The notes beneath the pieces are model-generated. The model was given only the letters and a program-made list of their open reading frames with translations. It did not search any database and was not told the DNA's origin. Below, in pieces: positions 39,554 to 50,346 of a stretch of 64,000 nt of DNA. The position numbers and the translations under genes were made by a program. Source of the DNA: Calcarisporiella thermophila CBS 279.70 (lineage: Eukaryota; Fungi; Calcarisporiellomycota); assembly GCF_041956535.1 (NCBI RefSeq), contig NW_027192232.1, forward strand, positions 1 to 64,000. The letters run 5' to 3'. Position 1 is the first letter of the stretch. Each line of letters begins with the position of its first letter.

Positions 39554-40585
39554 TAGAAAGGAGAGATCGTCGTGGAAAACAAGCAATTACAAGCGGGATG
39601 GTGAAGTAGTTATCGATTATGCTCTTCTCTCAAAATCAAGTGATATAAGAGAGCACTCCGCGATTTTTTATCGTCAACCGGGTTCATTCAGAAGACACCA
39701 CGTCATAAGAGCCCTTATGTAAACCGGGTCTGAAACTCTTCTGATCCTTTGGAATAATCAAATAAATTCAACCAAGAATTCAAGAAACTCCAGGTTTTGA
39801 ATTTTAATTGCCAAGGAAAGCTTTTCATCAAGAGGTTAAACGGATCTATGATACTTCAAATATACCGAGAAATGATGCCTTTTGTCCCTACTATTACCAA
39901 TTCACTTTCTGGAGTATGGTCCCCTATAATTTAATTTGATATGATGCTTTTAGGAATTAGAAGCAAAAAAATCCCATACCCTTACAGAGCATTAATACCG
40001 TTTTAGAAAGAATATTTAAATTGGCATACCAGGCGTTGATTTGTAAATGCGATGGCCTCAAAACATTTTTTTACTAATATCAACGTGTACTTTTACTTAA
40101 AATTATTACCCCTTTAGATGCTTTGTGCAATTACGACACATACAGAATAGCTTAATAAATGGTCTAATTGTTTAGGTATTGTATAAAAACGCCTATGAAG
40201 TTGCTCAATGGAAAACTTGCCGTTATTGGTGGCTGAGGACATATTAGACAATGATAACCATAGCTTATCTGGCATGATAATTACACTAGGGTCCTTAGTA
40301 TTAGCTTGACACGGTTGAAGAGGTGATATTTAAAATATAGGAAGGATGCAAAAATTGGCATCAATATTTGATTTTTTTTATAATCATTTCAATAGATGCT
40401 TGGTATACTAATTTCTTGTTTTCTCATTCCTTACAAAAAATTGAAGCAATTTAAGAAAGGTACATCTCCAAAATAACACGATTTGAGAAAAGTATAAATT
40501 ATGATTAAATAATGGGAGATTTGGGATTTACATATACATTAATGAGTGAGATAGAGCAAAACGAATTGAGATTTTTTTGCCATGT

Positions 40586-42529
40586 TCACCACCCATAGTT
40601 AGCTATAATGGATTTAAGTTGTTCCAACGAAATGTGTACCTTCTCTGTCAACTCGCGAGTATGCTGCTCAATACCTAGCGTGTTTACGCAAGGTAGTATT
40701 CGCAATATCCAGAGAAGATGCCATAAGGCTTCGGGTATTCGCTCATGCGGGAACGATGGGTCCTGAATCAACCATATCAGTGCATCATATGCAACACTAA
40801 GCACACCAATAAGATCCCACACAAGACATTGTGCATCCAATTCGATCACTTTCGATACAAGTTCCACAATACGACAGGCGCCTTTCATGCACAACTCGCG
40901 TCGCTCATTGTCTCCAGGTTTTTCCTCTTCACAACCCTCCGAAACTGGTAGACCTATCCGGATCAAGAGTGAGAGATAGATGGTCTCATAGCTGGATCGG
41001 AGGGCAAAACATTGGGGATCGTTTCCACTTTCTCGCAGCTCGGAAGGGCGGTGTTCATGTAAGCGGGAAAGAAGCCTCCATGCTTCACGTGCGAACCCCT
41101 CCTCCTCACGCTCTCGCCTTCCACCAAGAAGAAGAAGCTGTCGAATCATCTTAACTAGCTGGGTTATCACTGAACCATGTACCGCCACCACCGGATTTTC
41201 ATGCGGTAGCCGAGAAATTTGTCCCGGCTCCCAGTTTGAAGGGAGCCACCAGTTCGCAAAATTCCCAAATATAATGTTACAACCTTCGAGAAACATAACA
41301 CCGTGAGACGCACGCCGGTATACCTCGTCAACATAGGGTAGATTGTTATCGTACAATGCGGTATTGATAGGTTGTTCGAGGTGTTGCCTTGCTAGGTAGA
41401 GATAGTTACTCTTTTCACCTTCGTATAGAGAACAAATGTGCATGGCCATAAATGATATGACAACTGAGAGCGTTGCATTGTCGAAGTGTTCGCTCTATAG
41501 AAACATAAATCATCAACCAAGAATCAAGAGATACGCGAAAGATTCCGCTTTTTTCTAGAGATATTAGAGTAAATTAGCGAAAGGATATTTACTGCCAAGT
41601 GTTTTGCATGTCTAAAAGCATATTCAGAAATAACTTTAAGCCGCGCATCCTTCACTCCGCGTCGTAGTTCGTGCCTCGCCGACCATGCCATCGATGAATA
41701 GCGCAAGAGTTGATCAAGCGTCGCATTTTGAAACTCCCAAAGAAATCTCTGACGATTTAGGATACGGTATGGGAAGAAACAGTCGCAAAATGACACGGCC
41801 AAGTGAAGTAACAAAGTTTTAGGGAATTGTTTTTCGAATTCCAGCGGGTAGGCCAGGTCATTGGTAAGTTGTGGAGAAGAGCAGCGTTGCTTGCGCAGGG
41901 AATTATCAGAAATGAGCCCGTATCTCCATATAAGCCGTGTCTTAAATGCCCGAAATGCATCATCTTTAAACAAATAAACATCTCGAATAACAGGCTCTCC
42001 CCCCCATTTACTACCACTTTCACCTAACTTTTTGACAGCCCGCAGCAGATCTGAAATACTTGAGACCCCAGTGTCGATTCGTAGGATGTTTTTATGAGTG
42101 TTCGCGACGCTCCAGCCTTGCGGTAGCCCTTCAAGCTTTAGCTGCGTCGAAGGCAGAATTCCGCTTACTAGAAGGTGACCTACACTATCTTTTAATTTAT
42201 CTTCTAGTTCACGAACTCGTCGTGTAAACTGTCCAAGTCGTTGTGAGAACACTTGCACGAAATTTATTTGATTAGTTGTGCTGGGTGGATAATAACATTC
42301 GACACCAGTCGATAGACAACGTGAACAAGCAGCTATTTCCATGGTACATCGTGCCTAAGCGAAATGATAATGAAGAAGCTTTGAAACTAAAATAACTCCA
42401 ATGTATCTTTTTCAGCATCGGGCATCATCTCACCTTACGTCGCCGACATTCTAGACATGCATTTATCGAGCGGGTCGCATTCTCAGTCTCATCAAAATAA
42501 TCCGCAGTGTCCTCCAACTCATTCGACAT
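40586..42529 (-). CDS. Divergent Zn2Cys6 transcription factor (TF4, paralogue of TF2)
   Basis: ACLECRRRK|ARCTMEIAACSRCLSTGVECY; LPQGWSVANTHKNILRIDTGV; KHLA|SEHFDNATLSVV intron at the same position as in TF2. Confidence 0.83.
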
Positions 42530-44130
42530 GTTTTCCTTTGAAATGAATGATGAATTCTTGGAGCCTTTCTTATAAGGCCTGTTAGGCACGGTTGGAATGC
42601 CAATAACCGGTGTGTAGCTTATTCTTTATTTTCACCGGTATGAGAAAATTATCGTGCCCTAATCTCATTCACCATTTAAAGCAATAAACTAATTTTATTT
42701 TAAGCCCCGTTTGGCCATAGACGGGCTGATTTTGGATTAACAAACTCGCCGATTCATTAAGCCACTAAAATCATTAAGCTTGTCAAAAATAATTAATAAA
42801 ACAAACCCGCTCATATTATACAGTTTTCGCACGACGTTCAACGTTCTATTCAATGCATGTATACTTTCACTGTAGGTTTGGGTGCATTCTGCCTAATTCC
42901 TACTCAATATTGCGACCCACAACCGGTGAATGATGGGAATGGAATATGGGGTTAGTTTAACTTCTGATCTTGATGGATTTCCATCACACAATCAGGTATC
43001 ACATGAACATTTCTAGATGTTTAGCTCAGATGCACTCTATTCATTATTGACAAATTTACTGATTGTCCAATCTTCGCTTGTAATTTAACTTATGTTGGCG
43101 GATGAATTTGTGCATTTGGTTTAAAATGCTGGCTATAAGCTTTGCATTCATCTAGCACGTATTGCTCCTATTCATAACCTCACTGGTTATGCTGCCACTT
43201 TGATGACTCAATCACTATGCAATCAATTCTCCAAAAAAGTGATATTCTAAGATGTTTTCGGTCAGTGACTACTTTCTCCGAGCTATGAACTCTAATGAAC
43301 ATATCACTAAAAGCGAGATAAGCCTCAGGTGGAAATACATTGCTATCTTGGCGATGGTTAACCGATTGCGACAAGGAAAAGTAATCGAAAGCGATCGCAA
43401 ACATGCGTAGCATCAATTGTAATATGAACCTATCATAAATTACTCGTGAGAAAGGTTTTTCATATATTAAAAATATTATTATATTAAAAAACAAATGATG
43501 CAATTTGAGCTAATGTTTTGAGGCACTGGGAATGAATATAGTCTATAAATTTCGCTAATATTTTTACTACTTTTTTTTTCCTTACTTTTAACATACCTGA
43601 AAATTCGGTTTTCAAATTGGGAGCTAAACGTAAATTTACCTAAAATAACGCATATACAACATTAGTGTAAACCTCTCCGTTTCACGGCCAATTACACTTT
43701 TTAAAGTCTATACTTATTCGAGAGGATAAAGTGAATACCGGACTTATATGTGCAATGATTTATAAGCTGTATGTACTTTATCAATTAATGGTAGTAGGGA
43801 CATCTTAGTGCATTATATTTAAGAAAAAAAATTGGTTCGTAAACCGATGGTGAGTTAACTGCCGAGAAGGGTGGTTCATTATTCCTTTAGCTAGCTTATG
43901 AACCTTCCTATTGTGTGAGTATTAGAAAATATAATTTTCAAACCTATCAAAATTGTTAGTCTTTTTATTAATATTAAATAGATACTGGATATTTTAAACA
44001 GCGGTGAAGGTGGATTAAAACATTATAATATGCCTTTATTAGTGATGTAAGGTTGTAAAAAATGGAATTATATGTAATTAGCTCTACAATATAATAGTTC
44101 GATTTTTGGTCAATTAGAGGGATACTCTTC

Positions 44131-44487
44131 TCAACGAGGCACTAAGCATTCACCGCCCAAATATTCGCCACTCAGCTCGAACGTAAACTCTCCATCTCGA
44201 GTCACGACGGGGAACTCGTTGAGACAAAGAGGGATCTTACGCTTCTTGAACGACCCTTTACCTCGCTTTTCTAACGGCGTATGACTGAAAGTCAGTCCGT
44301 TAACGCTGACGCATGAATCACCAAAGGACGCCGCCCCCTTTACATGATAGGTGCCATGTCCCGATACTGGGACTAAGATCGGCTTACATAGGGACGCCGT
44401 TGAGCTTATTACGTCTGGAGAATCCCGCTTTTCCAGGGGGAAAGCGAAGGTGAGGCCAGCGAAAAGAGAGAAAATGGCCAGACGCAT
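44131..44487 (-). CDS. Small secreted pro-protein SSP1 of a two-repeat Cys family (118 aa)
   Basis: Signal peptide; PLEKR occurs twice plus KKR; repeats C-x24-C and C-x25-C; TATAAAA at 44571-44577; homologous to SSP2 and SSP3. Confidence 0.85.
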   Translation of the reverse strand: MRLAIFSLFAGLTFAFPLEKRDSPDVISSTASLCKPILVPVSGHGTYHVKGAASFGDSCVSVNGLTFSHTPLEKRGKGSFKKRKIPLCLNEFPVVTRDGEFTFELSGEYLGGECLVPR

Positions 44488-45384
44488 GCTGTCGTATACT
44501 AATGGAATTATAGGTTTGGACTATGGGAGTATATTCGGTGAAGTAACGATCGAGTTTCAATTGTTTTTCTTTTTATACTCGCCTTATAGTTGGACTATCG
44601 CTTCGGACTAGGGCATCTAGCAAAATGTGCCATGGCTGGCAAATACCTTCAGAGGGGTAATTTTACAAACAACATGGTAGCAAATTTGATGGGATAATTT
44701 CAGATCTTACCCTTGAATGCAGCGATCAGCGCTAGATTATCCGAAACTTATTTTGGAACCGAGAGTAATTCACCCTGGAATATGCGCATATGGACGCCTG
44801 CAAATTATTTTAGCTCCATCTACTATTTTCAACGGTTCATCTCATCGAGATTCAACTCTAAGCTCATTTCTCGTCGCAATTTGTTTGCTATTAGCCCATG
44901 GGTTGAATTATCAATTTTTGCTTAGCCTGCAATCACTGGTACCGATCCAGGTTGCACGGATCAGTGAATTTCCTATGTCAGAAGGAAAACTTGCAATCTT
45001 GAAAGTACTAGACCATATCAGTAGGATGAGAGAAAAGGCCGCACTCATCTAGTATCACTAGCCACTACTTAAGCACGCACAAACGTGTAATTCAACCTTA
45101 GACTATATTGTTTTTTTAACCCGAAAATAAGGTAATCAGCAATAAGATTATCGAAAGTTTTGGATTTAGTTAGAGTCAAAGAGGGGAAGTGGGATAAATA
45201 AAAATGTGGCACCAATAAACTAACAAAATTTAGCAAACTAAATTGTCAAAACAGACAATTTGAGAAGAATACATAGGCTCTTTATTTAATGAGCGATTGT
45301 AACCAAATATATCGTAAAATACTTATCGATTCTTATTTCATTGTCAAATGATCACATTAAAATGATAATATGATCAGTTGGAAC

Positions 45385-46002
45385 TTATCGAACATGCGTT
45401 AACTTAGAACGGAGTGGACGCAGGCAATCCTCATTCCGATACTTGGCTAGGATTGAAAAGTCATACGTGCCAACTTTATCCATTGCAGGGAAGCTATCGG
45501 CACAAAGCGAGATTTCGGATTTCGAATTTTTATCGGCTCGTATAGGCATGGGAGGGGGAGGGACAGCGATAGTTTCGTAAACTATTTCTTCAACATAGGG
45601 AGTGGAAGTAGTACATCTACCGGTGGTGTCGGGATATATGGTTATAGGGCGAGGCGTAATGGGCGATATCGTAGGGGTCAAGATAGGAGGAGGAATAGGA
45701 GGAGGAGGGGGGCCCCATTGATACCAAGTTGTGGTGGTCACCGAAGTCCTTGCGGGAGACATAACAATAAAGTAGTTTTGCACGGACACACAATTCCCGT
45801 CATAATACGCTGTACCGCGGATTTTAAACTGCCCATTTTTCGGGACGCTTAAACGAACTGGTGAACACAAATGAACCCTACGGGAATCTCCAGTAGTCAG
45901 AAATCCGACTCTGGGATCGTTACTAGTGTCTACCGCAGGGCGAGGTAAATAGAAAGCAAGAGTAAAATGTAAAAAGGCCAAAAGACAGAAGGTGCGATAC
46001 AT
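45385..46002 (-). CDS. Secreted protein SSP2 of the same family, with Pro/Thr-rich linker (205 aa)
   Basis: Signal peptide; LCSPVRLSVPKNGQFKIRGTAYYDGNCVSV and LCADSFPAMDKVGTYDFSILAKYRNEDCL repeats; TATATAA at 46072-46078. Confidence 0.85.
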   Translation of the reverse strand: MYRTFCLLAFLHFTLAFYLPRPAVDTSNDPRVGFLTTGDSRRVHLCSPVRLSVPKNGQFKIRGTAYYDGNCVSVQNYFIVMSPARTSVTTTTWYQWGPPPPPIPPPILTPTISPITPRPITIYPDTTGRCTTSTPYVEEIVYETIAVPPPPMPIRADKNSKSEISLCADSFPAMDKVGTYDFSILAKYRNEDCLRPLRSKLTHVR

Positions 46003-46203
46003 GATTCCAAATAACCAATGGCACTAGAGAAAAAAAATGCCTCAAAGACTCGGTCCAGATTCCGCGCATCCTTATATACTAGAGCACACCTTAAGTTAAC
46101 TGGGGTTCAATAGGGCGCTGAAATGGCTAACACTGCTCTTCACACATAAATAAGCCTTCTTTGATTAAGATTCGATTTGAACCTCGAACAATTTCGATGT
46201 TCA

Positions 46204-46210
46204 TGAAACA
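46204..46210 (+). promoter_or_regulatory. Possible pheromone response element (TGAAACA, preceded by A) upstream of SSP2
   Basis: Exact match to the yeast Ste12 PRE consensus ~200 bp upstream of the SSP2 ATG; short motif, could be chance. Confidence 0.25.
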
Positions 46211-46432
46211 TACTACTTGACAATAAGAACAGTCTTGGAAACATGAATTAGACCCTGTTTATATCAAAAACTCCTCATTCTCATAGCAAAGCTGCTAAAG
46301 TTATGAGCTTTAAGTTGATGTGCTCTTGAGAATGTTAGATTAAGCCCATTTATTAGTCATTGAAAAGGGTATTAAATACTATATATTCAATCCAATTAGT
46401 AATTAATCAAGTGAGAGAATTTAAAAAATAAA

Positions 46433-47590
46433 CTAGCATTTATCGCTAACTTCAAGCACAATTTGTATCTCTTCGCCCTCTTCATTTCGCATTCTTTTTA
46501 GGTGATCTGATTGGCTCTGCTCGCAATTCGAACAATAGTTCAATGCATTTCCACCTGTCACTGGCGAAGCTTTCACATGGCTCTCGATCCAAACGATCCG
46601 GATGGGAAAGCGCTGAGCAGTTTGTTTACATTTTAAATATAGCGACTCCCCCAAGCGATTGTATAAGCGGAGCGCTTCATGTGAAAGGCCAAAGAAAATA
46701 AACCAACATAATGACACAAGTGCATGCCAGTTAAACAGTGCAGCGGGCGCGTCGTTTATTACGATGGGAGTCCAGAAATTTTTAACGCCTCCACTCGCTG
46801 GAGCCGTGTCTATGAATTGGAGATCACGTACAAGTTCGATTGTATTTGTAGGAATGGCGATAAGAAGATACACAAGACAATATAGAGCTATGCGATAAAG
46901 GTGATCCTTTTTAATATTAAGCTGTGTACGTTCGAGGATAGCGTCGATTTCATTTTTTCGTTGAAATATGGAAGCCAAAATTTTCCCTACATAAGTCAGA
47001 TGGTTGTTTTTTTAATATTTACTGCTATAAATATTCATTCTGAGTGAAATTATAATACCGCAATCATAGACACCTTGGGCCGCAAAAATGGTGGGCCAAA
47101 TCGAGAGAAGGAGTAGAGCTCGCCAGCCCTCCAACTCCAAACTTGCAAAGCATCCTCGTACAGGCGCAATATCATAAATCCTCTTTGCGGTAGCATACCG
47201 TAAACCAGAATAGAGAAAAGGAAATACTCCCGCTATCAAAATATCCATTCCAAATATATATCTCTTCGTTCTGTTTGTTATCGCATCTGGGGATGAGAGA
47301 AACATATGCATAGTCGAGAGTGCCCTGTTACAAGATAATAGTAACCCGACGGGAATGGCGGACTGAAGGCTTGTGGAGACAAGACAATATGCCCTCGCAA
47401 TATCACCTGTTTCCTCTTTGAAAATCAAAGCATTCACGAAGGTAATTAGATTGGATGCAAGGGCCCAGACAGCCAAAAGGCAAATGGCAGGAGAACTTCG
47501 TAACGTGCGTACATAGAGCACCGGGGTACAGCACAGGATCCCAATAAAAGAGGTACACAGTACTAAAGAAGCGGGTAATGGACTCCCCAT
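46433..47590 (-). CDS. STE3: STE3-family (a-factor-type) pheromone receptor GPCR, ~361 aa
   Basis: Exons 47590-47059 and 46986-46433 (GT-AG); hydrophobic TM segments with STE3 hallmarks CLLAVWALASNLITFVNAL, AYCLVS, KR...DILIAGVFP, YDIAPVRGC, IWP, FIFFGLSHEA. Confidence 0.88.
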
Positions 47591-48049
47591 TTATATTAGG
47601 CGGCCTTAAAATTTACACTCATCAAAAGTAGTATGCGGGAAATGATTTTTTATATAATCTTTATATTCTTTCCGAGCTTTTTTTTAATCTTTTAATGTCC
47701 AAATATGTTAACTAAACGTTCTAAGACTCGGTACACATTTAAAGCAAAATTATTGGGGCACTTGCCGTTTTACAAAGCTTATAATTTAGAATTCCGATGC
47801 TTGGAAAAGATGCAAGTCTGATATAACTTAGCTGATTAGATGATTCCAGCAGTCTATCCTATGGAATGAGAAATAAAAGCAATTATAGAAGTTATTTTTG
47901 TTATTCAAAGATATGCACATCTATTGCCATCCGTTGCCATCCGTTAAATTATTATCTCTATGATTTAAGATCAAATCCTAAACCTTCTATTTTGAAGTAT
48001 ATACAACTCTAAAAAATCTTTGTGCTTATTTAGGGTTATTTCTCCTTAT

Positions 48050-48057
48050 TGTTTCAT
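48050..48057 (-). promoter_or_regulatory. Possible PRE (ATGAAACA) in the STE3/SSP3 divergent promoter
   Basis: tgtttcat on the + strand, roughly midway between the divergent ATGs of STE3 and SSP3. Confidence 0.25.
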
Positions 48058-48453
48058 GCCCTCTAAAGAAGGGGTGGTATCCTTTTTCTCTTAAATCAAC
48101 AGGAGTCAACAGTGATAAACCCATCTATACAGGGCGTGGGCCTAGTGATATATTTGATTCTCTAGGGATCATGAGGGGAAAATGAGACATGGGTCAAGCA
48201 TCCTACGTAAAATTAAAGAAATGTAAAATCTTCATACCATGGAAAAACGGGTGGATATCTATTCAGAGTTAAATAACGATCTTCCTTTCTACATACTAAT
48301 TACAGCCAATAAAGTCACATTGCAATCGCGGATATTTTTTTTTCATAAATTGAGCCTCTATATATTAGAGAAGAATTCTTTTTTCTGTATAAATATACAG
48401 CATATATATTCATCAATAAACTCTTGCGGTTTAAGCCAAGGTGCTTGAAAAAT

Positions 48454-48837
48454 ATGTTTGCTAAACTCCTACTTCTTGCTCTCGCACTCAATACTATCGC
48501 AGAGCCTATAGCCAACAGTCATAAACTGGTGCCTTATTGCTATACTCCACATATTCCTGCGTATCATGAGGGGATATATCGTATCGAAGGGAGCGCTAAA
48601 TATTCCGGTGGTTGCGTTGAAGTTGCACGATTAGGTGTTTCGCCCCCCGATTATGATCAGGGAACACCCGAGGAACTTATCGAAAATATGAAGCGAAGTG
48701 AAGGTATACCACTCTGCAAAAACACGATGCCGGTAGAGAATCATGGAACATACAGCTTTGAAGTGGGGGCCGTGTACAACTTTGGCGATAGCTGCTTGGG
48801 TGTAAAAGAGGTGAAAGCAGAGCGTATTGGAGCATAG
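48454..48837 (+). CDS. Small secreted pro-protein SSP3 of the same family (127 aa)
   Basis: Signal peptide MFAKLLLLALALNTIA; YCYTPHIPAYHEGIYRIEGSAKYSGGCVEV, KR, IPLCKNTMPVENHGTYSFEVGAVYNFGDSCL; TATAAAT at ~48388. Confidence 0.85.
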   Translation: MFAKLLLLALALNTIAEPIANSHKLVPYCYTPHIPAYHEGIYRIEGSAKYSGGCVEVARLGVSPPDYDQGTPEELIENMKRSEGIPLCKNTMPVENHGTYSFEVGAVYNFGDSCLGVKEVKAERIGA

Positions 48838-50346
48838 TCCAAAGAGCCCGGCTCTCCCAGTCAACTTCATAGTTTTGCTTGAAAAGAATGGCCCGTTTGG
48901 TCTCCATTTTTTCATATGACTTAACTCTCCTCTAATTGATAATCGAATCATGAGCTGTGAAAGAGAATAATTATGAAAACAGTTGCTCTGGCTTGTAGTA
49001 ATACAGGTATTGCGTGGTTTAGAAAATTTGAGAGTGTTTAATGTATAAATAGATATGTTATAATAAATTCGAGATATATTAGTCTTTTCGACTTTTCAGG
49101 TTTTTCAAAGAGCTTTTACGATTTTTAAAAGGTTTGGCCAAGACAAGCTATTGAAACGATAGAGTTGTTGGCTCAAACAATTTCTATAGATTCTAATCTG
49201 ATGGTCCTGTACTTTAGTCTATTACTCGATTGAGAAAGTATTTCTCGTTTTTTAGGCTTACACAAAGAAATTTATGGCTGGGACAAATCAGCGCTGAAAA
49301 CCCAAGTCGAGCGGGAGATTGGTTCAAATCCGCAACTTTAAACCTAGACCTTGGGGTGCAATTAATGACGTCACCATCACTAATGAAATAAGAGATGCTT
49401 CTTTATTAGTCAACTAGTGCCCAACTCGTAAGCCCAATTGCACACTTCAAATTTCATTCGAAGGATTATCTAAAGTGTAAATCAATAATGACAGTTTTAA
49501 TCACAGTTAGTAACAAATAATCCAACCCTTGCATATGATCATTTGTAACCCCACTGGAAACGATGGAAGCGCTGAAATCGAACGATCCGGATTTGGATTA
49601 GCCCGGCAATAGCATAAATCCTTGATAGAGTTGGAAGAGTGATCGAGAATTCACCAGGGGCGAGCTCTTCTACCGAGGTCAGGCAAGCGAGACGTCTTGA
49701 AAGCCGGCGGACAAAAATGCCTAGAACTCTCTGCAAACTCTCTGCTTAGCTATGAGGCTGAAAGGGCTGATGCAACACGAAGGCCCATTGCACGTAACCA
49801 TAAGAAGGCTGTATTAAATATAGCGCGGTAGAAGGCACCCGAGATGAACCATAGGACCCAAGTGCATGGGCAGTTTATAGCAGACTATTTTTGCTGGATA
49901 CTACACGAAACGCTCACAAATCCAAGATGACGACGGAAGGACGGCGTGACTTGCTTTTTATATTAGCAAGATAAATCCGGCCACTCTAGGCCAAAGGATT
50001 GAAACCCAGCTGTATGAATATTGGAATTTATCATTTTTAATTAATTTTAAGCTCAAGGATTGGGCGACGAAGCACAGATGGCCGGTGTAATTAGGTGGTG
50101 TTTCGAAAAATTGAAGTATATCTTGAGGGAGGAAGACGCTTTCGACCTGCATTTCATTTTGTCATTTCCATAATTCCTAGTCATTCCCTTCCCCTCCCCC
50201 CTTTCCCTCATTCTGTAGTTTGCTGAGCCGCCACTAACCCTTGGCTGCCCTCCATTCCTACCACGCATACGTACGCACGCGCTCACGCACACCCACCTCT
50301 CCCCCATTCTCATAGTAATACACTAATTCATTCGCATATCATCACC

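Noticed and set aside
44131-44148. SSP1 C-terminus CLVPR as a CaaX pheromone motif
   Set aside because: Cys is at -5, is the conserved repeat Cys, and the protein has a signal peptide
42530-50340. Classical a-factor-like CaaX precursor near STE3
   Set aside because: None among the supplied ORFs or in my partial manual scan; short ORFs were not checked exhaustively, so absence is not proven
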